Of a stretch of DNA of 37,653 nt, positions 1-13,100 are shown piece after piece (position 1 is the first letter of the stretch; every line of letters begins with the position of its first letter). Under the pieces are notes generated by a model. The model had not been told where the DNA came from, did not search any database, and worked only from the letters and a program-made list of their open reading frames with translations. This DNA comes from Phoronis australis. Taxonomy: Eukaryota > Animalia > Phoronida. Position numbers and translations under genes: made by a program. The stretch is taken from NCBI GenBank assembly GCA_002633005.1, contig NMRA01000126.1:869388-907040 (forward strand), in the 5' to 3' direction.

Positions 1-645
1 CTGTATATTGCGCTTTACCACAGATAATTATTGTTTATTTCTGTATAATTTCTTAATATGTTGGTACAGCAATAGAACCCAAGTTTATTTTAGGAACAAT
101 ATAAACAATGGTTTGAACATAGCGCCGCTATTAAAACATGGGCGCATGAAAACGGAAGACTGTGATCGGTTTATAGTGTAATCCATCATCCATCATCATT
201 CTGAAATTGTTGTCACTTTCGCAGTAAAAAAATTTTCCAAGCTAGAGCCTTCCTATCTAGCCAGCTAGCTGCGAAGACTATTTTCAAAATACAGCAAGGT
301 GCCACTGCGTATTGAGCTCAAACAGACCTCGAAATTTCACACAGCCCGGATAGTTACATGTACGCTTGTCTCCTCGTCGAAAAGCTTGTATCAACATGAG
401 CTCAAGACCGGCGAGTTTGCATGCAAACTCTGGAAGCCAATTGGCATTAAAGTTGCCCGTTACGGCCGTTTAAACGAAAAACATCCGACGTCATCTTCTT
501 GTGTAATTCTCTGTCTTTTGTAACGAAAAAACGTATGTCGTCGTTTTGAAAAGAGTTCATTCGTGACACGCGCCACTTTCAAAATGTTTTCGACATCTCC
601 CATTATATGGTGACAACATCTCAGCAAAATTTGGTTCACTGATAT

Positions 646-830
646 NNNNNNNNNNNNNNNNNNNNNNNNNNNNNNNNNNNNNNNNNNNNNNNNNNNNNNN
701 NNNNNNNNNNNNNNNNNNNNNNNNNNNNNNNNNNNNNNNNNNNNNNNNNNNNNNNNNNNNNNNNNNNNNNNNNNNNNNNNNNNNNNNNNNNNNNNNNNNN
801 NNNNNNNNNNNNNNNNNNNNNNNNNNNNNN
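646..830. other. Assembly gap (185 N)
   Basis: Run of N directly visible. Confidence 0.99.
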
Positions 831-971
831 GCGTGAAATTAGTAGGCGGCCATATATTGTTTTGCATCCGGCGGAAACCGCCGATGAAAATGTCATGGAA
901 GCGATGTAATATTGTTTGCAATTTCAGCAAAAAGAAATTTCTTCTGCATTCTGACTCCGAGACCAACTTAC

Positions 972-1129
972 CGCTAAATCTGATTCCTGCTTTACACACA
1001 ACGGCTTTTTGAAAATCTTCGTCAGGTAGCAATGCCACGTGTCCGCCCTGATGACGTATTTTTGACCTTGTTTGTTCTTAAAGCCCGACCAGTCGCAGTT
1101 ATCAGATTTCTTGATGCATATCTTGTAGC
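972..1129 (-). CDS. Tae4-like domain 3, exon b: YKICIKKSDNCDWSGFKNKQGQKYVIRADTWHCYLTKIFKKPLCVKQESDLA
   Basis: Acceptor cttcgaacag|GC, donor GCG|gtaagt; 158 nt; inside ORF 924..1175. Confidence 0.9.
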
Positions 1130-4100
1130 CTGTTCGAAGACACAGGGCAGGAAGAACGACATAAACCAGTTTCAAATGGTGGGCAAATTTGTAAATTGAC
1201 TTGATAGTTCTTGTTTTATGAAAACCATATTTGAAATTTAAATAGCAGTTTACGCGTCTTGATACCCGAAAACTTCAGGAGAACTGTCTAGATGGCCAAT
1301 TGGTGTTAATTTCTTGCCAATGAAAATACAAGGAGAAGCGTCATATTGAGATACGTCCTGAGTTAACTTCGAAAGATCGTACTTACCTAATTGATATAAT
1401 GTGTAACTAAATCTCAGGCCGCATGTATCACCATAACTTTTATCAAATCCCGCCTTTTTCCACATTGCAGGCTTGTCAAATATGTTTGGGTCCGGGTACT
1501 TTGTCCACAAATCATTGAACGTAAAATCTGCAGTCATAGAAATTATAAATACAGCGTTTACGTGGCGTCCGATCGAAAGGCTGGTCCGTCGTCTTATCTG
1601 ATCTTTTACAAATGTTCATCTGACAACCATTAAAGCGACAATAACCACCCTAGTAGCCGTAAAGATATCTTGACGTTGTGTTAGATATCCACCCGCTGTA
1701 AATTAGGTTTCAAACAGAGAAAGAACTGACAGTTCCTTAAAATGATACAAAACACTGTTTTGATGATTTCAGCCAATGCTGTGTCACCTGCCAATGCATC
1801 ATTGACGTCAATTTCGAAAGACAATAGATGAAGGAATCAAATAAAAATTCATATCTCACAACTTGGATGTTAGGGTCTTTGGTGGGTGGTCTTTTCCCAC
1901 TGTTGCCGCATGATTCGCTAAAACTTATTTCACGTTTGCCTACTGATCAGCTTTTTAAATTTCCCTCCGAACATTTGAGGAAGATCGAGGTCTGCGGACC
2001 ATTATCTTGTTTCAAAGAACTGGATGGGAAAGTCATTTTAGTAGTTGTTAAAGAGCCAGAACCGGGTCTAGTATCTTTTCGATGGTTGAGATCTTGCGCC
2101 GTGATCGATCTACGCTATCTAGCTTAATTTCACGTATAAATAACGAACTGCTAGTTTTTCACAAGCCCAGATATTCAGTCTCCCGACCAATGAACAGGCT
2201 AAGCCCAGATTTGTAGCAGTTTTGTCATCGATTCGGGAATAAAAAGACACATTCTCAGAAAAACAACGGCATCAATATCATGGCCAAGTTTTGTTTGATA
2301 CAAGTGTTCAAGATGAAAACTCCAAAATGTTGTCACAGTTTTCTTAATTTTGTTTTTTAAGGATAACCATAAAATCCTTGATATGTGCTGCAGCAATACA
2401 CTAGAAGGGGAGCGAGATGAGCTCCCGAAGCTAGTTTACAACGAAACAACTTCATGAATATGAATATACATGTATGGTTGTTTATTATGACAATGAGTAA
2501 ACATACAATAAAGACTATTATCTACTGTGTAAAGGTAGGTTACAATGTGCCACAGATGCAGGCCGATGCTGCATCCATTCACCCCCTATATTTTCTAATA
2601 TCAGGTACAACATTTGATCATTTAAAAAGCAAATACCAAAATTACTTTTGAGAACAGTGCAAATGTCTCAAAGTTTCACATAAATTGGATTAGCAATTTC
2701 TGAGACTGTTTCAAATTTCGCCAAGAAATGTGAAAATTTCCTGGAGTCCTATGTAACCTTAATTTAAGTAGCGCTGAAGCAGATGTTGTGAAGATGCGTG
2801 GCGAATTCATTTTAAGAGCTCTTGATGAACCGTATTGTGGTCTAAAAGACAAAAGCAAAGTTTTCCAACATTTGTTGAAATATTCCCATCACACTCTGAC
2901 CATCACACTCTGACCATCACACTCTGCTCAGGCAATCAGATCTTACCTGCAATCTTCGTCGTTTCTTTACATGACGGAGATGGTGTAGTAGAACTAACAG
3001 TATGTGAGGTGGTGGTGGATTCAGTAAATCCAGTGCTTCCTGAAAGTGTGCTCTCTGTTGGTGGCGATCGTTTTGTTGCCGAGGTCGGGGGAGTGGCGGT
3101 AATCGAAAGTGTGGTGGTATTCAGGGGAGTGGTGGTAGTCGACTGTTTGGTGGTATTCGGGGGAGTGGTAGTAGTCGAGGATGTGGTTGTGGTCGTAGGT
3201 GTGGTGGTGGTCAGGGGAGTGGTGGTAGTAGGGGTTTTGATGGTAGTCAGGGTTGTACTGGTAGTTGGGGAGGAGGTCGTTATTTCAAACACGCAATACT
3301 TTTTGCAGTGTTCAAAATAACATTTATTTTTACAGTCTTCACCATCCCACAGGTCAATATATCCTTTGGATCTCTTGGAACCCTTTTTCCTGGTGCAACG
3401 GTGAAATATTATGATGCCTTTCCTTGTCTGAAAAATCATTCCTTAGCGATAGGTGATTAATATTCTAACATATTGGAATAATTTACCTGTCAGCCAACTA
3501 TACAAAAAACCAGAAATAGAAATAAAACCACAAAACGTTTTTGTGAGATTATTGCTATTTTGTTGTTTTATTTCTATTAGGGGCAAAAACCGACATTGTT
3601 TTGACATCAAGAGTAATGACTCATCAGATAACAACAACAACGACAACAAGAGCAACAGCAACACTCTATGATAATAATAACTAACCGACAGAAGAGGACA
3701 GCCATTGGTACGATGTTCATTAAATGTTCACTGCACACATGTTATGTGCCTATTTTCTACCATGTGGCTAAAGGGCATATTTTGCAAACCTATAATTTGT
3801 GAAGATGATTTTAATGCTATTTAAGTATTTTTGTCAGCGTTTGGACTGCGAGAGGCCATATGAGGAAATTGATGGCGGACGAGGGAGCCAAAAGTTCACG
3901 AAGTTGAATTTGTTTGTTGAATTCGATCTTTTTTTGGCTCGATCTGCTTATAATATGGGGTGAGTATCAGTGCCGTCATTACCACGGGCCCATTAGGGCA
4001 CTTGCCCGCGGCCACGACTGCAGAGGCCCCACGCCCGCGATCCAAGTCATATAGTAACGGTAAAAAAGTCAAGTGGTAGATGGTTCAGTGCCAGTATTTA

Positions 4101-7100
4101 AGTAAATAATGCTCCCAGTAAAATGTGTCTTACGTGCGTGAATGGGGCATTCACTGAGGCATTTCGCTGAATAACGGGGGCCAGTATGCAAGCTCCTGTA
4201 GGAATTTTCAAAAGGGGTGCATTCTCAGCCAATACATCGGATTTTACTAATGGGTACACAAGTAACCTAAAACAAGATGCGTTTCTGCAAAGATGGCGCC
4301 TCGCACTCACAAGATTCCACGCAACTTTGTTGTCTGATATTAAAAAACTTAGGGTGTTATTTTTGTCAATTAAAATGGTTTTGAATGCTGATATATCCAC
4401 ATCAATCATACGGAGAATTTGAGTGCTCTGGGACATTGATAATTTTATTTAGCTAAATATGAATGTGAAATCCTGTTCTGACAAATGCATTGCCATAGCC
4501 TTGTTTACAGTGGCGGTGTGGANCAGTCTAGTAGCTTTTGGGTGAAGGGTAATGCAAAGGCGCTTTTTGAGGGGGAATACTTCTTGGGGCGCCATGTAGC
4601 ACTTTTGGGGCTGGCCAAAAACAACACCGTATGATGCAGTTTTTAAGGGGAAGGGGTGCTTTCTTCCACTTGTCCACCTAGCTAATGGATACGACACCGC
4701 CAGTGGTTGTTTTTCCTATGTGAGACACTCCTGACTAAACGTTTTACAATATCAGAAATTTTGTTAAGCGTCGGCTAGCGGACTGGGTCTGAATTATTTT
4801 CAGAATGTCAGATTGATTTTACTTTAGTCCCGGCCAGACATTTACCCGATTTATTTCTGGAAACGGTGTTGACAGAATTCGCGCGCTTTGCTCTTCATGT
4901 TTGTCGAGAACTTGACAATTCAACGCAAAGAATTACTCCATTCGAAAGTTTTTGTTGGCTTATCCAATATTTACGATTAATTCACGTGAAAAACGGGCAT
5001 GCTGTTCATAACTCTTTAATTTGACAGCGGCAATGCGCAACGTTTGGGTTTTCGGGGGAGTAATTGCGGCATTTTCGACAGCCAGTGTGGTGTCTATCTT
5101 CCGTCAATTAGAAACGACATGCACATTCGACTCATTGTAGTGAGCATTGAATCATCTCACCTGCCGCGAAAAGGCCTAAAACAATGGATTACTTTACGAA
5201 CCGAGACATGTTTCAGGTGCAGACGTTGCGCCCATATCCTGATTCGACAGATGATCCATTTTATTAACCGGCTCCTTTGTGATGATAGCGCGGTTGAATC
5301 AATGAACAATAGACTGTGTTTTTACCGACATCATCGGCATTTGAGTTTCTACAATTAGATTCCAAAATTGAGAATAGGTGGTACTCAACTAGAAGACTAT
5401 TTAATATGTAACATCTCTGGCTTACTTCCTTTTTATGTTACTATTACAATTCTGTAATTTTTTACATTTTGGTAACACTCTTGGGTTTTCAGAATTAAAA
5501 TATCTTTTTAAACCTGCCACGTATGCGAAATGATAATCATTTATGTATTACATTATTCATCTTGTGCTTCTGGGATTATCATATACCATCAATAACTGAT
5601 AAAATGCTTTCTAATGATCTGACTCTCATGCAATTTGGCTGAAAAGCGGCGGAGTTGCAAAAACTTCCTAGTGACACTAACAGTGCTGTAGTGGGGGGGG
5701 GGGGGGGNGGCGCAGCCAACCATCTTTTGGCATTTGAACGTAAGTTACGTTCAGTGCTCAAGGTGATACGATGGGCTTTGGGCGCCTACTTACCTCTTCG
5801 TACTGGACACTAAATTTCATAGCAAGAACCAACGCCGGAACAAACAAATGCAAAGGAATTCCACGCATGCGCGGAGCAACCTCAACATCGCGAGATCGAA
5901 GTTGGCATTCCCAGACTAGAGTTCTATGCACGAAACCGTAGTCGCCATCGGATGTAGTGCTGTTTCTGCAAGAATTACAGTTGCGCAGACTTGTATTGTT
6001 GGCTGTACCAAGTTCAGAACGTTGAACTTTGACAGACATTGAGAGAAAATTGACCATAAAAAAGCTGTACACTCGCAAGATCAGCTCGACTGTCGATTAA
6101 AATATTGACTCAACCAAAACACTTGAGACTGTCTTCTTCATTGGAATGCTGCTGAAAAGTTTAAACTCTTTGCTGGATTTTTGGACTTAGTCGACGTTGA
6201 CATCTCTTGTATGAAAGTCGCAAACTTTTTTGTCTGCACAGACTTCTTTTTCCCTAGGGTTTTTCAATGCTGTGCGAACATACATTGTCAATGCGTGCCG
6301 TATACAGACTTTGACATGCAATATAAGCAATATGAGCATGTCTCTGGACCATCACCTTAACTCTAGTGTCCATTTCTTTTGAAAATGGGCACATTCTAAA
6401 CACATCGCTGGTGTGTTGATACTCAGGGGCTGAGAAATGGGCCAAGATTTTGAAATAAGTAGCAAAACCCCAATCACCTGTAGGCAAGCCAATCATCAAA
6501 ATTTGTACAAATTGATTTTTTTGCATATTTGTGGTTTTATTTGAATTTAGAGTACATAACTCCAATTTAAAGTTATTGCATAAGTAAAAGGGTTATTTTA
6601 TGTTAATGACATTTATTTCGACTTAACTGTACTCTCCCATTATATGGGTGTATAATCCACTGCATGGCCCTGTAGTCACCGCCAATAGTGTCAGGAACAA
6701 GGCGTGCTGGAATTGTTTTGGAAAATTTGGACTTCCAGTTATGAAATCCTCTATAAACGCCTCTTACAAAGGCGAATTTTGTCTAGCATATTTTCAAAAT
6801 GTTCCGACACTGCAGGTGAAATGTCCAGGACCTAGAGAACAGCAAAATCTCATCAAGTACAATAAAACCCGTATTAAGTTTCATTATTTTTTGCTAAGAA
6901 TTATCTACGTCCCCGTTTTGCCCGTTCTGACTCTTCCCATCTGTATTTTGGGAGACAATAACCATCCCTTATTAAAGTTACAATCTAAAAAGTTATACAG
7001 CTATAGTGAGCAGGTGACCCTAGTCGACATGTGTTATCCACTTGCTTTTTTGATTTTTTTATATCAGATGGAAGTTCTATGCAAACACAGTTCAAATTGT

Positions 7101-10100
7101 CAAATGAGAAAGAAACGAGAAAGCCACAATTTAGTTATATTTTTAGAAGCACAAAGAGTTCTTACATTCGAACTGGTCACATAAGCTATACGTCAAAAAT
7201 CGCACGTGAACCACATCGACCTGTGCCGACTCAGTGTCGACAATAACCATTGAGACTGTGAAGTCACCGACAAAAAGTTATTTCAAAATTTCAAACAAGC
7301 GGAAATCTGCAGCTGTCAAAATATCACTTTTTCTGTATTTCTTGCCGTTCCACACGTCGACATGTCCTGTGACCGGAATGCTCGGGGTCCTGTTTAGGTA
7401 TTGGCGGAACATTAAAGTCATATGATCCGTTTGTAGACGTTTTAAAAACATCGTGAATCTGCATAAAAACCATTGAAACATACTGTCTGATACTTAATTA
7501 GAACTTTTCGTAAGTATGGGGTCAATCTGTTGCCTGTACATATTTTTTCTTTTATTTTTTATTTTCTTAAAATCTGCGTGATCAAAACAAACGAATGTTG
7601 CCCATAATGCTGTGCGGTTTGACCTTTCGGCAACTAGTCAGCTGTTTCCGGTACTGCTTCGAAGAAGACAAGTTCGCCTTAACAGGTAATTTATTCGTTT
7701 CTTGAACATTTTGATGACGATATTGCTCCCTGTATAAGCTGAACAGTCTAACTATTACTCTTAGGATTAGATGAAACCATTACCTGTGGGAAAATNTGTT
7801 GCACATGTTGTATTTGTATAAACGTCAATTACTCCTGACAAAATAGCACCTGTAGAAGACAAAAGACGTCAGTTATGTATTAAAGTGTCATAGAACGTGA
7901 AAACAGACTAAATTGCGTTATTTAAAATGTTTTTCGGCAACCGAAACTGAAATCAAACTGTTCACCAGGTATTTTTACGGTTTGTTTTTAAATATTTTGA
8001 ATTTACGTTGATGTCAAAGTGTTTTTCCTTTAGTTTAAAATTTCAAAAAAACAATCTGCAAACTGCTGACACTTGATCAATTTTTCCCACACGGTATGAT
8101 GGCAAGACGCAAATGTAGCACATTTACCTTATATGGAAAAGGTGAAATTGACCTTTGACCTAAACAAAACAATGACAATTTCAAACCGCAGCCGGCGACT
8201 TCTTTGAACGCACGCGCGAAGATATGTTATTAGGGGCGGAGAATTTGAAAATTGTATTGGGAAAAATGAGCTTTTATTTCATATGTGTTTCAATAGTGAA
8301 TCTGACGATTTTTTCTACAAATTCATGCAATATGAACGTGAAGAACGCTCACGTTACGATCCGCAAAAATTAGATTCTCCGCGATCTGTTTAAAATGTAC
8401 ACTTTACGAGTTGTGCTTTGCATACCGCTTTAACAATTACCTCCAACTTTGCTCTGTTTCTCACACAAAGTGGTTTCTTGAAGATCTTCTTCAGATAACA
8501 ATGCCAAGTGTCCGCTCTGATGATGTATTTCTGACCGTGTTTATTCTTTAAGCCCGACCAGTTACAATTATCAGCTTTCGTTATGCCAATCGTGTAGCCT
8601 GCAGTAAGATAAGAGACGACAGGGACGATTTCATTAGGAGCGCAGTGACCAACCTCAGTTCTCTGAACTGTTCACAACATTAAGTGTGATTCCCATCAGT
8701 GAGTGTTCACCAATCCTTATTTGTTTTTAAAATTAATGAACTAAAACTCAATTCCAGAAACAAAACCATTTGATTTTTAAAACTTCTAAATGCCAATGAA
8801 TGCCACAAAACGGCAACACTTTGCATGTTTCTAAATACCAGGCAAAACATGGTTTTCTACACCTCTTCAAAGGTAGTTTAGGTCAGTCTAAACTGCACTG
8901 AATCAAGATAAATGTAAGAATAAAGATCTCTTGCTAACCAGAAAACTAGCTGTATGGATACTAACGTCAAAATAAGGCAAGGAACCTTAGCCAATACTCA
9001 GCTCAAACAGAAAAAACTGAAAAATGGTTCCATGCACTGACAGTAAGATCAAATACATTGAAATTCAAACATGAAGCAGGACAAGTGTATATTTTTTTAG
9101 AGATGCATGCTCAAATAAAAATGACAATTTTACAAAAAGGGCGGTCCTTCTTAAAAGCAAGGATTCGGAAATTACGGTTGAGCTGTTATGGAATCTTAAG
9201 GTCTTCACGAAGCTTGACAATTACTTTAACCTGCTCATCTTTAGACGTGCGCGATAATTTTACTTGCCTCGTCAATGAATTCCCCTAAGTACGTTTAACA
9301 TTTAACGGGTGCGTGTAGCGCCTTATAAAATTCCAAATGGTAGTCAGTGCATTACGGGCACTTACCTATACGATAGATGGCGTAACTAAACCTCAGTCCA
9401 CATGTGTCCCAGTGTGACAGGTACTTCTGATCAAACCCTGCTTTTTTCCACATAGCGGGCTTCTTAATCTTTGGATTCGGATACTTCTTCCAGATGTTAT
9501 TAAACTTGGGTTCTGTAAATATGATAGAACAACAAGAATGGGCATCATCAAAACTTTGAAGGCATTGTTCTGGTACGTGATGAACATTCAGACGTGTAAT
9601 CTTTCTGCCATTGTGCAGTTGACCTTTATTTAAAGATACTCACTGAAGGCCTTTTGTTTGGAGATCTCAAACAAGCAGAACTCTTTACACTTTTTGAAGT
9701 AACACTTGTTTCTACATTTCTTGCCGTCCCACAAGTCGATATGTCCAGTTGGTCTCTTAGGGTTATTCTTCCAGGAGCAGTGACGGAATGTGATGATTCC
9801 TTTCTTTCCCTGAAAATCATTCTCAACTAAGTCGTTTGAAAACCTGTAGCAGTCAACAGAGTGAGATATAATTTAGACACAATTTCTTTAAAATTTCTAT
9901 ACAGTTTATTGTAGAGTGATATAACAAAATATCTGATTTTGTTGTCGCATTAGACGGCTCGTCACCACCGGTTAGATGGTTAAAAACAGAAATCGAATTA
10001 GGAAGGCAAATTTCATGAAATTGGCCACTAAGTATTTCTTACAGTGATAGAGTTTGATTTCCGTCCAACAAGAACATTGAAACTATCGGCTACTCAAGAA

Positions 10101-13100
10101 AATGTTTCTGAATTTATTGGGTTGGCCATCTCCAAAATTGCGAAAAAGAAAATGGCTCATGTACACATTCATTTGCCTGTGGCTTAAGTGGGAAATAGAA
10201 CTCAGCACGGTAACGAATATTTTGTGACATTTTTAATGGGAACAGAAAGGCTAAATCTATTTTCGTTCTTTTTAGCCCACTAAACAGGGCGAAATACAAC
10301 TTTAAGTCATCATTAGTCGTCCTCAGGCGTTCGGTAGATCTGTAATCCTATTTTAGGTTTAGCTTTTAATTTGTGTCGTTGTCAAGTCAAGTGGTAGAAA
10401 TAAACTTCTAACCTAAACCGCACTCTCGCCATGGACTTGAATTCCAACTACACCGAGGCATTCTCATCGCGGGCAATTTGAGTGACCGAATTGCGCGTGC
10501 CAGTTTCTATTAAACATTGCCATGCCCGAACCAGAGCAGGCCAACACACATCACAGAATGGCGCTTCGATAGTGCCTGGCCCTAGTAGTACAAGAACGAG
10601 TAAAATTCATGTCTATTACCAACTGATGCATTTCTCTGACTTAAGCAATGGCAGAATAAAAGTCATCGATGCCGAAATATTCATAAGTGTCCTAAACTAC
10701 AGAGCGGTGGCCTCTGGCCACTGGCTACATTGTAAGACGCTCTCCTATTTGTTCGTGGTAAGGATACCATGTTTGTAGTTGCAGTTTAGCTTCCGTTATG
10801 AAGGTCCTTTGTGCGTGGAAAAAGTTTTTGAGGTCCGTAACAAGTGTTTTGTGAATGGTGGTAAGGGTTCTGCTCCGTGTTTTTTCACCGTGTTTGTGTA
10901 TCGCTGACGCAGACATTTTTTACAACAACTAAGTGAGGTAACCGACGAATATGTCCTGAAATATCATTGTTCCCAGAGAAAATAACTTTGGAAAAATCCA
11001 TTCTGCTTTATTTGTAGCTGCGTTTACGTCTTAATAACTTACCGCTAACTTTGCTTTGTTCTTTACACAGAACGGTTTTTTAAAGATTTTCATCAGGTAA
11101 CAATGCCAAGTGTCAGCCCTGATGATGTATTTCTGGCCGCGTTTGTTCTTAAAGCCCGACCAGTTACAATTATCAGCTTTCGTGATGTATATCTTGTAGC
11201 CTGTAAAATATCGTTTAATGTAATAAAATTCCCATGCGAAGCCACCCTTACAGACATGTTTAATTATTATTAAAAATATTAGGAAATTAAGTAAATCGCA
11301 GGGAAGGGGGAAGGAGGGAGGGAGTCGGAGATTCTTGAAGGTAAAAGCCAATTCCGTCGTGCAACACAATAGGAATACAACATAAAAAGTAAAGAATAAA
11401 AATGAGACAGTAATCATAAATAGTAAAGAATAGAAAATGAGAAGTAATTACTATTTATTATTCATAAATTTGACATACGTTTAGAAGACTGACACAGTGG
11501 TATGAATATTTCAATAAATAAACAAGTAAATAAACCCGACACCTGCATGTACATATCTACACAGATTACAGCATTACTTTTGCACACCTGAGTGAGTGTG
11601 CGTGCGTCTACGTGTGCAAAAATGAGTATAGTTCCTGTGTAATGGTGGAATTTGCATATGGTTATTCATGGTGCAGGAGAAGTAGCTTGAGTCATTGCAT
11701 AGTGAATAAGTATCTGTTTATCTTATCTAGAAGTGACCTTACGCCAGAAAATGAATGGCAGGTGTGATTGACCAATCAGCATGGTGCATTCCGGACACTC
11801 ATCCAGACTGCAGTTCAAGTCGCCATTTGTCTGACATTAGCGGCTGTAGGACAAAACACGTTCAACTACAATGTGCATTTTAACTGAATGGCCAAGAGGT
11901 GTTGTTGTGGTGTGTGTAATTCAGACAGTCGTTATACCAACAGAGATGAAAGTCCTGTCAATTTTTATCCTTTTCCAAAGCCTAAAAGTGACGTTGTAAT
12001 GAGCAAACGGTGGATTAATTAAACTGTGTGCACTCCCGGCGCACGAGCAGCCTTGCCTGTCAACATTGTTTGACCACTCGAAAGCTAAACACAAGTATGT
12101 TCTAAGGTATGCACTCTTTTTAACATTTCTTCCCAATATCGGAATTTTGGCTTTGGATTACAGTCTTGTTTAGTGTTTGACCCGCCTCTGCGGCACTTGG
12201 TGGTTCATTATAGCCATACATGACAACCATTTCCATAGCACTGACGAAAACGAGTTAAAATATAGCCAATCAAGAGTCAAGATGCATTGCATGTCTACCT
12301 ACTTATCTATTAGAGGCTCTTACATCTATACTGACTGTGAGTGTTGTTATAGGCCTATTCGTACATGTAACTCCTCAGTCTTGGCCCTGTCCAGCCAAAG
12401 CTCGATCTCCACAAAGATTGCCAGTAAAAGCCAAAGCGAAGGATTGAAAACTTTGTTATGAGCATGGGCGAAAATGCACATTAATTACCGAAAATACGTA
12501 GGATTTTGGCGCTACGCTGCGGCACTACAGAAGCGGCAAGCACGCACTGAGCAAATACGCAGTGCCTGTATTGGTTCTCCGCCTGTACTTAGTATATAAC
12601 TCAAATTATATAAAATAACAGATTGGCAACATTTGGCAGTCGGAAAGTGTGCTTTGTTTAGTCTGTCTTCGGAGGTCATAATCATGGTCTCAAATAATGA
12701 CCGGGTTAGGCTGGTGTTGCTTCATCAAAATCATTACCTTTGAAATGATAATTTGAATGGTTACAGTTGCTCCGAATTTCGACTTGTTACGTGCGTCTGT
12801 CACGGCGTCGGCTCGACCATCGGCGATCACTAGACAAGAAATTCTCGGTTAAACTGTTACAGATACAGCTCAGTAGGTTTCTTGATCCCCTCAATATTTC
12901 AGTAAAACGTTAACGTTTTGTTGTGAGGGAAGAATAGTTATTCATTAAGATTTTTACTATTATTTTTAACCGCATTCGTGCAGTTTTTGTCGACGCTGAT
13001 GTCAACTCTATGAGGCTCATTGGATTTGCGTTGACTTATAAAACATCCGGCGGTTACATGTCAGGTGTCCTCGACGTAAATCTTCACCCCGTTCCCGTAG

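Noticed and set aside
460-1038. 192-aa ORF
   Set aside because: Inflated by the N gap, overlaps the real exon in another frame, and has no recognisable motifs.
2835-3320. Val-rich plus-strand ORF (161 aa) resembling a membrane protein
   Set aside because: Antisense shadow of the Thr-rich stalk exon (ACN codons read as Val/Gly on the other strand).
3443-3671. Leu-rich and Asn-rich short ORFs
   Set aside because: Products of an intronic (AAC)n low-complexity tract.
3968-4700. hAT-like MITE beginning CAGTGCCGTC
   Set aside because: A matching TIR and TSD could not be established.
5758-6565. Minus-strand ORFs with plausible splice sites as additional amidase-gene exons
   Set aside because: No similarity to the repeat modules and not needed for frame continuity; probably repeat-derived, though not excluded without RNA data.
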